A stretch of 64,000 nt of DNA, taken from contig JAKMXF010000312.1 in assembly GCA_024704765.1 (NCBI GenBank), positions 260,208 through 324,207 of the forward strand, given 5' to 3'. Positions 49,385 to 62,765 of the stretch are shown in pieces (the stretch's first letter is position 1; every line of letters starts with the position of its first letter). Below the pieces are notes generated by a model. It was not told where the DNA came from, made no database searches, and saw only the letters and a list, made by a program, of their open reading frames with translations. Origin of the DNA: Oopsacas minuta (taxonomy: Eukaryota > Animalia > Porifera). The translations under genes were made by a program, and so were the position numbers.

Positions 49385-49700
49385 TCAGGTGTCTGTACAC
49401 TCAAGTTGAATAGACTTGGCCGCGATTTATTCCCTATGTGGAGAAGATCTCTGAATCCTTTGGTGATAACAAGCGCAGTTTTAGTACCTCTACGTTCTAG
49501 CAGCGCATTCGTAGCTATGGTTGTACCCATTCTTATATTCCCTATTAGGTCGGTTGGTATGGGTTTCTCCTTTGGATAATCAACACCGCTTTCTTGTGAT
49601 AATATGCGTCTTATTGCCTCGCGTGGAGCATCCACATAGCGCTGTGTATCTTCTGATAATAGTTTCATTCCGTGTATCTTTCCATTAGGACATGTCAATT
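49385..49700 (-). pseudogene. OPLAH: 5-oxoprolinase N-terminal fragment
   Basis: [20 protein letters not shown]...[43 protein letters not shown]. It runs directly into a repeat also found at ~46570-46705, and the rest of the ~1280-aa gene is absent. Confidence 0.8.
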
Positions 49701-51307
49701 GCATATAAAATTTCACACATTTATTCTACCTTAAAATGCATTTATCTCTGGATTAGCATTATCAGATGATGGAAAGTCAGTAATTTTGGTTCTATTGGTG
49801 ATTAAAGTTTATTTATAACAAATAGGGTTGTTGATTCATGAATTTCCTAAAGAATGATAGGATAATGTGGAAAAGTATAAATTTAATCAATTCGATTGTT
49901 ATCCATGGTGTATGAAAACAGTATTTGCATTACTATTATGTAGAACGAAATTCTTCGATTTTCCGAAAGATAGATATTTATCTTCACATTCAATTCCTTG
50001 AACGAAATACATGTTTTGATACATTTTTTTACGGGCCATATTTTCCCAAACACGATTGATGTTTAGGGACACCGCGTGGAGTTTGTATCTCTAAAGTTTA
50101 CACTTTGCAAGTCAATGGACCCAATTTCATTCAATCTATCCTCGTACTTCTTCAACATCTTCTCAGGTTTTGATGATGTTACCTGGCTAATGTTAGTCGC
50201 CATTTCAAAATACTTTTTTCAATTCAGTTTAGATTTAGTTAACAGTAATGTTGTAGGCCTGTAACAGTTCTTCTTTAGAAATGTATCTTGTTTAATAATT
50301 CAGTTATACTTTCAATTTACTCATTTATAACTTTCTATATATGAAGTAATGTGTTTCAGAGTGTGGCTTATTCGATACAATTTGAGACAGTATTACATAA
50401 TTGTTACTTTCCAATACTAAAAATATCAAATTCCTCACATAACAATTTAGCTTTGCATATACCATAAGTGACCAGCAAAATACTGATCTGACCAGCTTCT
50501 GCAGAGATGCCAAATCTCACGCTTTTTCAGAGGTCAAAAAGTGTAATCTCACGCCTTGTGAGAAGGAATATCACGACTTTGCGAGAGGCCAGATCGGCAT
50601 CTACGTGTTGGCAGCAAAAAAGTTTCATCCAGATATTTTCATATTTTTACAATTTATGCTTATTGTAGAAAATATCGATTCATTCCAATGTAATTAGTAG
50701 TCATATGTTTCTAACAAGCAATTATCACAGCATAGCTATATTTACAGTCAACAATATATAAAGTTGATGACTAGTATTTGGAGATGTTAGTGTAAAGGTT
50801 GTGATCTGCTTATGTGTCTGTTCTTTTGTTGTACCAAAAATTTCCTCTTTGCCAATACTTTATGTAATGGCAATATACCTCTCAGAGCCAGGCTGTCTCT
50901 TACTGAGGGTACTGGCATCTCAGAAATAACAATCACTCAATGGTAGATCCAATTCATATACGTATATACATAATATGATATTTCGAGAGTGATCTGAATT
51001 GTCGAATTTAGATGTGAAATTTGGTCCCACCCTAGGACCAATATTACATGAAGATTTTGATGCATTTTGGTAGGAGTTTGAAGTTAGCAGACTATTTGAC
51101 TAGGTTCACTTCCAGAACAAAATTGTCTCACTTCTACCCATCAGATTTAAATGAAACGAGCCTTTGGCTCGTCGCTTCCCGATGAACTCGGCGCATTGCG
51201 CTTCGAGGTATCCATTATTCTCCAAATTGATGGTCCCTTTGAGTATTACTATAGATATATATAGAACAATATAATTCACAAATATTCATATATGGCATAT
51301 ATATATA

Positions 51308-52219
51308 CAGTCAGGGGACAAAAGTATTCGAACACACAAATATATTGTCATAAATTGTATACTCCTTCCCGCTCCAATATATTGTGTAGTCTATATTCGT
51401 AGCTGCTATCTAGTAATTTGCATGGAATAACATATGTTTTTCAAGAATTTCAAAAAATATTTTCGATTTACACTTTTTGAAGGTGTTAATTATTGATAAT
51501 TATTAGATAATTATTGATAATCAAAATATGTGGTAATTCAAAACTATTAAGAATCTATAATTTCTGACTTGATATTTGAATTCTACGTAGGCGAGTTACC
51601 CCAGATTGAAATTTCCAATCGGATTGAACAATTTTTACCGAAGTTATAGATGAATTTCAATTTGTGCCATTTGTGCACCTTTTGCCCAAGGTGGCACAAG
51701 TGGCCGCTACCAAGAGGTTATTTTGGATTTCAAGGGTTAGCATAGTCATATCATTCGAAAATATTACTTCGACTTATTCCTCCTAACCCTAGTTGATTTC
51801 CTTGTAGTGGCGCTTTTTCCTGCCACCTGTGCCACTTTTTCCAAAAAGTGGCACAAATGGCACAAATTGAAATTCATCTATAACTTCGGTAAAAATTGTT
51901 CAATCCGATTGGAAATTTCAATCTGGGGTAACTCGCCTACGTAGAATTCAAATATCAAGTCAGAAATTATAGATTCTTAATAGTTTTGAATTACCACATA
52001 TTTTGATTATCAATAATTATCTAATAATTATCAATAATTAACACCTTCAAAAAGTGTAAATCGAAAATATTTTTTGAAATTCTTGAAAAACATATGTTAT
52101 TCCATGCAAATTACTAGATAGCAGCTACGAATATAGACTACACAATATATTGGAGCGGGAAGGAGTATACAATTTATGACAATATATTTGTGTGTTCGAA
52201 TACTTTTGTCCCCTGACTG
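51308..52219. mobile_element. 912-bp Tc1-type foldback/MITE with perfect 369-bp terminal inverted repeats, in a (TA)n site
   Basis: 51308-51676 is the reverse complement of 51851-52219. Termini cagtcaggggacaaaagtattcgaa; TA flanks; no ORF. Confidence 0.92.
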
Positions 52220-52949
52220 TATATATATATATATTGTAAGATCAACCCCCTTTGTAGCAGTTGAAGGCAAGTATTTATGTAAATTTTGGGATTTGGCTAA
52301 TTTGTTTGCTATATATTCATAAAACAACAATAAATTTACATATGATTAATCCAAAAAGCTTGAAAATCGGATTCTGCATGTTCGATATGTTTAGTGAAGT
52401 GTTATTGAATTCTATTTACTTTGTTGATAAACACAATAAATACATAGTTTTGGGACAATTGTGAAATTGCATACCATAAATCCTTTCCTTGACAACGGAC
52501 AGACAAACAACCAAACAAACAAACAAACAAACAAACAAACAAAAACAACAATTGAGACTTAATAATAAAAATCAGTATTATTCGATAGAAAAGTGTTGAA
52601 TCTTTTACGCAATGTGATTTTTGTGTATTATTTATCATCATTTTGTTCAATTAGTTAGGTTTACTAACTCCTGATAAATAAGCCACCTAAAAGTTAGATT
52701 TCGGTTTTGAAAATTCGTATACACATTTGTGCCATATGAACGTTTATGAAAATTCAATTTTATTAAAAAATATTCACAACTCGATTCAAATATTTATTTA
52801 GTGTATAGGGGGATGAATCTGTTAACTACGTAAAGTAGGGTCAGTTCAAACTCATATTTCTTACCCTGAATCTAACTGAATTTGAATTATTTTGATATTC
52901 ATCGATAGTTGAGATGTAAACGTTTATGACAATATCAATTTTCTTCAGA

Positions 52950-53510
52950 AATAAGGAAATTATCATCCGCATCGACCTCCTAAAATGGATAATTTCTCTT
53001 TTTTTTTGGAATTATGAGCTCTAATTTGGAACAAAATTCTGGAAGTTTCAAATTATTTGGAGAATTGAATATGGTTTTTATCATTTACAATTTTGCACCT
53101 TCAGATTTAGCTATGGAGATTTGTATTCTAGAAATTTGAAGCTAAAATAGTATTTCTATCTTGATATTCTACAATAATACTTCTTTAATAGAATTAGCTT
53201 ACACTACACAATTATTGATGGGTTTTAATTAAAGAATTATATATTAGTAGAAGAATTTAACTTTTGAATGGAACCATCAAGTACCAAGTCTCAGCTTCTC
53301 TCATTGCTAGATAATAACAACACTCTTAAGTAATTACGTCTGAAACATTTATGTTATGTAACTGGTTCAAATTATATTATATTTGTAATGTATATGTGTA
53401 TTGTTAATTAATAAAATATATTTCCAAGTTCCAACACATCGCTATGCACTAAATTTAGAATAGTTGAAAGAAAGTTAGAATGGGAACTATAACAAGTATG
53501 GTTATCTGAC
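52950..53510 (+). pseudogene. Possible heavily degraded LRR-like coding remnant
   Basis: Leu/Asn-periodic fragments across frames (LIFYNNTSLIEL, KELYIS, LTFEWNHQVPSL) with many stops. Confidence 0.25.
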
Positions 53511-54129
53511 TTCCTCTACGTAAATTCGTGATAGTCTACGTTATGTTACAAATTTACAATACAACGCTCGTCGCTTCGCGATGAACTCAGCCCATCTCAC
53601 CAAAATCCAACGAAATGGATAATACATTGGATTTTGGTTATAAGAATATACCCGGTATTAAGCACCTGTGGAAAACGGTTCTCATAAATTCCTGTATAAT
53701 AAATACCGGTTATAAGAACATGTATTACTACTCCCAAGGAGGTTCTTATAACCAGTATCTACACTAATCCAGATTCACAGTTCATACCATATATGGGAAT
53801 CAGTTTGGCAAAAGCATATGGAATTTACGAAGACAATATTTCAAAGTCAACAAGGAGCTCTCCAAAATTACAGGTGGGCTCGAATTTTAAAAGCTCCTGA
53901 GGTTTTGTGGGGAAAGATGACGTCATGCAACCCACCCTATAAGTTTCGATAACTAATCAATCTATAAGTAATATAATGGCAGTAAATTAGTAAGCTCGTT
54001 GTAAAATATGAATAATTATCTCTCATTGAAACTTGGAATATAAATTTTTCATAGAAGAACAGGAGAAATTACATTTAGGCTAATTCTAAGTAAACAAATG
54101 AAAACATAAAAAGTAAGAAAAGGAGAGAC

Positions 54130-55410
54130 TCAGAGAGGTGAGAAGAGCTGTATCATGTTATGTTCCTTCCTATCTACTGTTACAATAGAACATAAGTCAT
54201 CTACTGCTATTCCCCTTAGCAATAAAAATTCTCCTGGAGCTGATCCTTCTTTACCGAATTTAGTAATCAATTTACCTTCATTTGAGAATATTTTGACTTC
54301 AGAAGTTCCTGTATCAGCTACGAGTATGTTGTGTTGTTGATCAAGACAGAAAGACCAACAATAATCCAACAAATCCTTATGTACAACACATCTAATTAAT
54401 GTGCCTTGTTTAGAGAATGCTTGTAAAGGATAATCTGTGTCAGTAAGAGCTATATAGAATACATCTCTAGCTAGTGACATATCTCGTATCAGAGTATCTT
54501 CTCCTTCGAATTGAGTGTTAAGAGTTGTTCTCCTTTCTTCTATCAATTGAGGTGTTAGGACTGTTAGCTGTATATTCACCCATTCACCCACAAAGATATA
54601 AGTATTATCTGTAGAGATTCCTAATAGAGAATAGCCAAGATATTTATAAGATTCTTTCTCAAAGGTTGATTTGTTGAATTTACATATTCTCACTGAACAT
54701 TGTACAAAGATGGACTCAGATAGAATGAGAATTTTCTCTGGATGAACAATATCTTCATCTTCTAGAAATTGAATCCATTCCCCATTTCTAGAGAATATCT
54801 GAACTCTGTCAGACACCCGATCAGCTACATAAATTCTATCATGGATAGAATCTATTGCTACACCCCTTGGATCATATATCTGTTCATTTAGCTTGCCTCT
54901 GTCACCAAAACTTGACTTCAGGGGAATATGAATATCTTCTCCAAACTTCACAATTCTCTGTTCACATGTACATAGTGTGTTAATACTCTTCCTCAACTCA
55001 TTAACATTCCATTTCAATTTCACGTAAGGAATATCAATATTCATTCCTCTCTTTACGGATTCAATAGATTCATTGATTTGATCGAAACAGGGAATTTCAT
55101 TCAAATCTTTGAAGATCTTTCCCATCTCTGCTTTGTGTTTGTTTAACTCTTCAATCCTTTTGTGGATTTCATCTTTTTTCTGATTCATTCGTTGGTTAGC
55201 TTCATCCCAGATTGCTTCCAGTTCCCTGAGAATCTGCTCTGTTTTCTGTTCTATCAGCTGTTTCATTTCCTCACCAACATTCCTTACAAGTGTCTTCTTG
55301 CTGTCAATCATGTCTCTCAGTATATTCATTCTGTCCTGTAGCTTGTTACTGACAGGCATCAAGCTATCAGGTCCAGAGCCTGGAATTTCATTTATCAATG
55401 CAGTTGCCAT
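54130..55410 (-). CDS. Coiled-coil + NHL-repeat protein, family B, intact, intronless
   Basis: MATALINEIP; helical N-half; blades YDPRGVAID..HDRIYVAD...VQIFS, FCLDQQHNILVADTGTSEVKIFSNEG.LITKFG and LRGIAVD. Confidence 0.88.
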   Translation of the reverse strand: MATALINEIPGSGPDSLMPVSNKLQDRMNILRDMIDSKKTLVRNVGEEMKQLIEQKTEQILRELEAIWDEANQRMNQKKDEIHKRIEELNKHKAEMGKIFKDLNEIPCFDQINESIESVKRGMNIDIPYVKLKWNVNELRKSINTLCTCEQRIVKFGEDIHIPLKSSFGDRGKLNEQIYDPRGVAIDSIHDRIYVADRVSDRVQIFSRNGEWIQFLEDEDIVHPEKILILSESIFVQCSVRICKFNKSTFEKESYKYLGYSLLGISTDNTYIFVGEWVNIQLTVLTPQLIEERRTTLNTQFEGEDTLIRDMSLARDVFYIALTDTDYPLQAFSKQGTLIRCVVHKDLLDYCWSFCLDQQHNILVADTGTSEVKIFSNEGKLITKFGKEGSAPGEFLLLRGIAVDDLCSIVTVDRKEHNMIQLFSPL

Positions 55411-56779
55411 TTCCACATATATTTTCAGTATAAAGCTAGTACTATGATAATATAGAACTATATACAGTGGCTTATACATATTGTGTGTATAGAGTATAAT
55501 ATATCTATTACAAGTATCCGTATCATATAATGTGTGTCTAAATATATCTCAAATATTATTAGACACACTGTCCTTATAGAATTGATTTCAATTAAACATA
55601 ATACAGTAAACTCTCGTTATAACGAAGCTATAAGACAGCGGTTCCTAACCTGGGGTTCACTCATTTTATGGGTATATCCAGGGTCAGACAATATTTACAC
55701 AAATACCATAAATCTTAACAATATATCCATCGCCCTGAGAGTATTCCAGTATCCACACACATACACATACTACATATAGTTGTCATTTTGCTGACTGAAA
55801 GAGCACAAAACATCGGTGAACACTGGCCTTTTCCAACCTAATTTCAACTACAATCAAATCCTTCACTACCCATATCATAGGTATTTCCTTTCCATCAACT
55901 ACTACCACTATCTGGACACGAAGTGTTGGCAAACGCGTAGCGCGAGCAAGTAAAGCGCGCTAGTTTTGGTATTAAATTTATGAACCACATAAGCTCAATC
56001 ATCTAATCTTGATAGATTGAATTGTCAATTCGTCGTTAAAATATTATTGCTACATATAACTATGTACCAGATATCCTCTGAATGATAATGTATTACTGTA
56101 TTCACCATCAAGAATAGACACACTATACAGTGAAACCTCTATAAACGGGACATTTTTGGTACACATTTATTCGTTTCCATAGAAAAGAACCTCTATAAGC
56201 GGGGAGTGGGGCATGGGGCATGCTTTAGTGATATATATATATACTATGCCATTGAAATTTACATTTATAAGTGGGAATTCTAATAAAAATTTCTTGAATA
56301 ATCGACCTTTTTGTGCTAAATTGGAAAAACCAAGTATTTATAGCTTTGATGAATTGAATTTTTTGGGTTTCTCTGAAGAAAATTTGTTACAAATTGTTAT
56401 ATTCAATCGACAACCTTAAGGCATATTATAATAATATATATTGTTGAAAAAACTGTCGTTTGGAGGAAGTGGCTAAACATATTGACTCAAAACTCTCAGG
56501 TTAAGAACATTTACATTTAAAATAATAAATGGGGAGTGGGAGGTTATCCGTAGATTAGAGTGTGGGCAGTGGTGTCCTGCTGTGGGAGCGGGTGGGAGCG
56601 TCGCTCCCATACTTTTTTTTAACAAATCAAATTGGCAAGTAACAATTACTTCAGAAGTGACTGAATTTGTGTACCTGATATCTATAGTAGCATGCAATCA
56701 ATATTTGAAATCAATTGAAATTTGTTCCAAATATAATTTAGTCGAGTTGGAGAGCAAATGTTTACTTTATAGTCCCGTG

Positions 56780-57159
56780 CAAGCTTGGACCGGGTAACTA
56801 TTTCAATGAATTTTGGGGTCTGAACCGGATCACTGATTTTGACTTGACCTAGTTTATATCCTTATAGATAATTTAATTATATCGGTTTGTTAAATCATAA
56901 AGATTCAGTCAATATTAGTTGGACGTTTCTTTTTCATGAATCATTAGTATTTTTACCAAACTTATTTGGTATCATTACTACTGTATACTTATATACATAT
57001 ATACTCTTATGTACTTATATAGATATGTAATATAGAAAATTAATGTTTTGAAAAACCGGGTCAAATAACGAAACCGGGCCACCGGGTCAGAGGTTTCAAC
57101 CTGGTCTATCGGGTCAGCCGGGTCACCGGGTCAGGAAATCATGACTCGGTCCAAGCCTG
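56780..57159. mobile_element. hAT-type MITE with ccgggtca subterminal repeats
   Basis: TIR caagcttggaccgggt / actcggtccaagcctg; degenerate 8-bp TSD gtcccgtg / gcgccgtg. Confidence 0.7.
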
Positions 57160-57169
57160 GCGCCGTGAA

Positions 57170-57445
57170 TATATCGTAGAAGTTATTCCATGCGACTCAT
57201 CTGAATGCGAAAGGGAGTTCAGTTAAATGAATATCATATTGGATGAGAAACGAAACCGGCTTACAATAGAACACGTTTCTTCTTTGCTGTTTATCCAGCT
57301 TAATGATCCACCACTGACTATTTGGAGACCATTGGAATATTCTAAATCTTGGCTCTTGCACCATAATTCAGCAACAGATATCCATGGCTTGAAATCCAAA
57401 ATTTCTGAGCCCCATAAACAAGAAGAAATTTGGAAGTATTACTAG
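57170..57445 (+). mobile_element. hAT transposase C-terminal dimerisation-domain remnant
   Basis: VIPCDSSECEREFS*MNIILDEKRNRLTIEHVSSLLFIQLNDPPL matches the SAxCERxFSxMxxI....RNRL motif; contains an internal stop. Confidence 0.72.
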
Positions 57446-58384
57446 TTAAATAATTTTGGGTACTCAATCACTTGTTAGAACTCTATTTTTAGATTTACTA
57501 CTAAACCTTTGATATTATTCATCTTATCTTATTAATTCAATTACCAGTATATTGTTTGAATTTTGTATTAGAAATTAGGATATATTCAATTGAATTTGAA
57601 ATTTGAAATACCGCTCCTATACTTATAATTAGAGCAGAGCATCTCTGCTGAAGGCATACTCCTTCTATTTTATTGCTATCGTTCTTAGTTTGGCAGCTCT
57701 ATAACATAACTTTCAGCTCATTTAACTTCAGGTACTTATTAGTTAGGATCACACACTTATATTCACTATCACGTATATCCAATTTGTCGAAACAGATACC
57801 TATTTATCCTTATTATACTATTTTCATATCTTAATAATTTTTACATTTTAGTGTAGCTTAAAGTAGGCGCGGAAAGGGCCGCGGACACAGGGTATACTCC
57901 CAGTCTCAATGGGTCACACAATGGATCATGGCTCACGGATAGGAATGATCAGATGAGGAATTGGTCAAAGTATTCAGGGTCATGAGCAACCGTACCGAAT
58001 GAGAAATGATTATATTATATAATTCAAGAGCAGTTCAAACGCCGCGAAACGCTACAAGGGGAGAGGTGTGGTGTGCAAAATGTGGCAGCTTCATTATTTT
58101 CGTATTACAAAACGGTAAAAAGCGTGCAAAAAGGAGGCGAGGACAGAGGTGGTCAAAATGTTATAACATATAACAATTCATTGGAATTCTGTATTCAACA
58201 TATGACATCACCAATAGGATATTTCTCACCTAAATCTGACAATATAAAGTAAATATATATATTTGCATGTATATGAAATGGTTACCATAATTTTGGTATT
58301 TGAATATCTGCAAATTTTGCCTCACGTGGTGAGAAATAATTTTGTCTATATATCAATAGATCATCGTGTTCTTGTTTTTCAAAA

Positions 58385-59540
58385 AATTAGGTAGTCATTC
58401 TTCTCTAACTTCTTCACGCTTTGCTCTAACATCTCTCTGAATTTGTTCGATTCGTGGTTTATCTTCCTCAGCTTACGGAAGATAGCCATCTTCTAGAAGA
58501 CGTTGGTCAGTACGGAATCTTGAATCAGATCTAGAAAAAATTGTTCCTCAGTAAAGACTGGACCATGGATCATGAATTCGATCATTTTCGCCAAATTCAT
58601 AGCTAACATCAACTTGCGGGCTGATAAGGTTTACAAATGTAATCGTTTGTAATTAATTGTAATCGTATATATATGATTACAGGAAGACTGTAATCAATTG
58701 TAATCGATTGTAATCATAGGAAAATAGTAATCGATTACAACTTTTCCTGTAATCGTTATCACTAATCAACCGACAAACACGTACATAACTATTGACTCAC
58801 AGAGGTAAAAATTCTTTTATCTCTTCAGGAAGATAATTCAATTCCATAGCAAACTTTGAAAACCCGTAATAAGTTTCAGAATTCGGAGGCATCAGGTTTG
58901 GTCGCCAAAGACACACTTGTTCTCCATTTTCAGTACCAGAATAGATACCTTTTTTCAGCATACCGAATAAATGACGTACCCAGCAACAAAATATGTACAA
59001 GGGTATTTTTAATTATTACCAAATAAGCCTCAATATAATGGAAAATATTAATTTAAGGAATATAGAAAATGATTTTTGCACTTTGGGTAGTGTTGCCAGA
59101 TCAATACAAAGCTAAAAGATCTCTTTGGCATAAACTTTGACTTATGACAAGAACAAGGCGTTGAATGCATTGTCTGCAACATTGCCAATTGTTGTAAAAG
59201 CAATCCATTTCATCAACACGAAATCTATTTTCCTTTTCTCCATCAGCAGAAATAACATTGCCTTTAATATCATACTTCTTATTCGAGAAATAACTACTCT
59301 TCGGCAAAGAAATATTACAAGTTACTCCAGTGCTAGAACACGTCACAACCATATCTCCATAGTTTTCAATCCATCTACTCTGGAAATTGAGTAGGTTGTG
59401 TACACATGTGGTTACCTTTGACCAAGTATAATGTTCTGAATTCTCTGATAGTAAAAGATTTATTGTGCCTAGAATGGTTACAATAGTAAACTGATTGAAA
59501 TGGTTTGACGGATATTTAGCAAATTCCTGAATATACAATA
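58385..59540 (-). pseudogene. Oxysterol-binding protein-related (ORP3/6/7-like) C-terminal exons, disrupted
   Basis: EHYTWSKVTTCVHNLL...RWIENYGDM; CLWRPNLMPPNSETYYGFSKFAMELN...FLPL, then spliced SDSRFRTDQRLLEDGYLP*AEEDKPRIEQIQR. Two in-frame stops and a frame break. Confidence 0.78.
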
Positions 59541-59772
59541 GGTAAATTCAATCCTGATGAAGTATAATACAAATCTAATGTAAATCTGAAAGAATGAAAA
59601 GGAGGAGAATTGGAGCGTTGAGCAAGAACGCGCTCCAAACAATGATGAGTCCGTCAGGACTGTAAAGTTAGTCATATGATGAGATTAATTAATCTAATCA
59701 AATAATTTTCTACTATGATAAAATTCAATCCAATTTCATAACAATGGTTATGTGAATCCTGAAAAGATAATA

Positions 59773-59920
59773 CACTCCCTGGCCAAAAGTATTGGAACAC
59801 TCTGCCACAATTGACACATGGTACAAATATAAATTAACTCTAGTTGCATAAGCTGAGATTAACTTCAAACATCTGTGATTATATTTCGATCATTGTTCCA
59901 ATACTTTTGGCCAGGGAGTG
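59773..59920. mobile_element. 148-bp Tc1-type MITE, 27-bp perfect TIR, TA TSD
   Basis: ta|cactccctggccaaaagtattggaaca ... tgttccaatacttttggccagggagtg|ta. Confidence 0.9.
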
Positions 59921-60229
59921 TATGTACGTAATCTACGTATTAAGGTTGGGTATTTATAGTGAGTAACGCATGCACTGAATATGAGTGGAGGGTAACTATG
60001 TAAAAATTCTGTCCCAAACGTTGAAATAGCACGTAGGGGGTATTTAGAGTCAAACCGTCAAAATTCTCTCCCAATTGTGTAAATAGATTTCAAAAGTCAC
60101 TAGAACAAGAAATAGAGTAGAAATTAGAGTTAATACGTAATTATCCTATAGGCTAAATATACATAAATAAGTGCAGTAGATTTGCTACTCATATGTAGTG
60201 CATGCGTTACATATGAAATACATTATATA

Positions 60230-61990
60230 ATGAAATTTATTAACTTTAATCTTGAATCATTACAATTTACATACGAAAATTTTCATTGTTATTAATTCAA
60301 TCAGTTGTAAATTTCCATAACATACAGTAAGATAAAACAGGCTAGCAGTAAATACTGTAAATCCAATAATTCGGAAACGAATTGAAACAGAATACAGTGG
60401 AACCTCATTTATACGAACACCAATGGAAGGTCAAAATTTGTTTGCCTTATCCGAAGTAATACCAATTGAATTGGTATCGTAGGGACCTAAGTTTGTGGAA
60501 TTTTCTGTTCTTCTTATCATGTTCCTGATAGATAAAAATACTGTGAAGTTTACGTTTCGAACAAATAAAATTCTGATTCTACACAGAAAATATACAGCGG
60601 AAAAACTTCGTTGATACGAATACCAACAGACGGTCAAAATCAGTTCGCCTTATCCGGGATACGAATTTACTAGAGTATTCCAATAGAATAGCGATTGCAG
60701 GGAACTGATTTGTGTGAATATCTGTTCGTCTTATCTGGTATTTCATAGTAACCGTGTTTATATTAATCAGATTCCATTGTATTTCTCAAATCCAGCAAAA
60801 TCTTTAGTGCAGCTCTTATAGCGAGATACCCTAATGGCATGGATGATGTGCGACGCCAGTACGTAAATCTAACAGTCCAATTAACATGAATATTTGCATA
60901 CATATGCAATTTGGGTCGGAGATTTACACCGAGGGTATGAATATTTCAAATGTGAAATTTCACACCTTTCTATGAAAATACTTAAGCAAGCTAGAGATTA
61001 GGTTTCAACATGTTGTCAAGGGTAATTGGCTGTGTAGATTCCGATTATGAGAGTTTCCCAGCTTGAAAGTGACAAAAGCACAGATTATCATATGAATAAT
61101 CATATTTTACACTTTTTGCATATCTTTCAATATCATGCTAGAGATTTCGTTGAAACTGCTAGTAAGGAGTTATCGAGTGTTTAGATTTCAATTATGACAT
61201 TTAAAATCTAAATCTAAATTATTTATCATATGATTAATCATATTTCACAACTTATTGTATAGTATTAAAAGATGCCAAGGATTTAGCTTTTACATAATTA
61301 ATCATATTTAATATGATTAATCAAAACACAAACAAATAATCCTGAGTTGCACTCCCAGTATGTCGGCTGGACATTTTTGTATTGGTAAGCAAGTAGAATA
61401 TGAAACTGATTTACATACAAACAATCATAACTATCATTAAACATGTCTCATTAGTTATTAGAACACAAGAATATACAACGAGTAATATATGTATATACGT
61501 ATATGTAACAACAAAACACAGAAAACTTAATAGAAAAATATTCACAAAATGTTAGAACATCACGATGTAATTAGAGATGAATAGAACAATATTCATTTAG
61601 CAGAGAATAGCAAGTTGTATAACATGCCTATAAGAGGAATAGATAATAGAAATATAGTGTGAAGAATTGGTATAAGGGTGTTATTGGTGGACTCGCATTC
61701 TGTCGAATTATAATTACAAATCGAATATAATATGGAAACATTCAAACTAGTCATATAAAGTAATACTAGATAATTGAACTGTTAAAAGTGATAACATTGG
61801 TGAGCTTGAATGGAACGGTTTTATTCTGCATTGCCAAAGATTTCCCGTTTACCCTCCAAAAGTGATGTTGTAGAATTTTTTGATAGTTCTCTATCATATG
61901 AGTACGCGGTAAAAACTTTAGAGTTCTATCATAAATACTTTCTGAAATATTTAGCATTTGGCTAGCATTATAAATTTCATGATATTCCCA
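60230..61990 (+). pseudogene. Degenerate LRR-like gene, copy 2, interrupted by a Tigger-like element (60395-60779) and a TE-like segment
   Basis: Inverted homolog of 38975-39910; both copies share the cagtggaacc..atttatacgaacacca insertion. Confidence 0.55.
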
Positions 61991-62521
61991 CCCAAATGTC
62001 AACTTTCCCCAAATCCTCTGTAAAGTAGATTTTGGTCGCCAAAGGGGTACCTATGAGATTGCGTCATAAATTGCCACTATATTCATAGGCATCAATCATA
62101 CTGTATAGTTCTATGAATAAATAGACTATCTATGCTTATATGTAATGGAATTTCTATAATATTTGCAATAAATGACCATTTTTTCAGGAGAATAAGGGGT
62201 TTCTTCTTCCTCAATTTCCCAGGAACTTTTCAGCAGCTATTTTTGCATGGCTCAGAATGCAGGACTCGGGCTGTATACCAGCTAAATTCAAACGTTTGAG
62301 ATAGATCTCTGTCTGTATTAAAATTTGTCTCGCACGCTTTTTCAATGCAAACAATTTAGAATTTTTGGCACTTTTATGAATTTTGTGCTAACGGAATTTG
62401 AACTGATATCAATCATGTTATGCGAAAACATTGTTGAATTTTTGGAATCTACATTGTGGTCCAGGTTGGTAGTAAATTTCAGAAAAATCCGTACACTGGT
62501 ACAGGTAGAAGTACTGTAGGG

Positions 62522-62599
62522 CATTGGTTCTCAACCTTTTTCTTTTGCGGACCTCTTTGGCCCATTTTATGGGGTCCGCGGACCCAGGTTGAGATCCAC
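62522..62599. mobile_element. Tiny Charlie-type hAT MITE
   Basis: cattggttctcaacc ... ggttgagatccactg inverted termini. Confidence 0.6.
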
Positions 62600-62765
62600 T
62601 GCTGTAGGATATAAATTCTCCTAGAACAGGTTGGTATAGTAATAATCATTCGATAGCGATTACTAACATAGATGATCAATTTGAAAAATATTCACAAGGA
62701 ATTAAGATTGAAGATTGATACCCGAGTAACGAAATACGATTCTCAGAAATTTGGCATATTTGTTG

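Noticed and set aside
50700-50960. Possible fibronectin-III-like remnant on the minus strand (QPGSERYIAIT)
   Set aside because: Too short and stop-riddled to support by eye.
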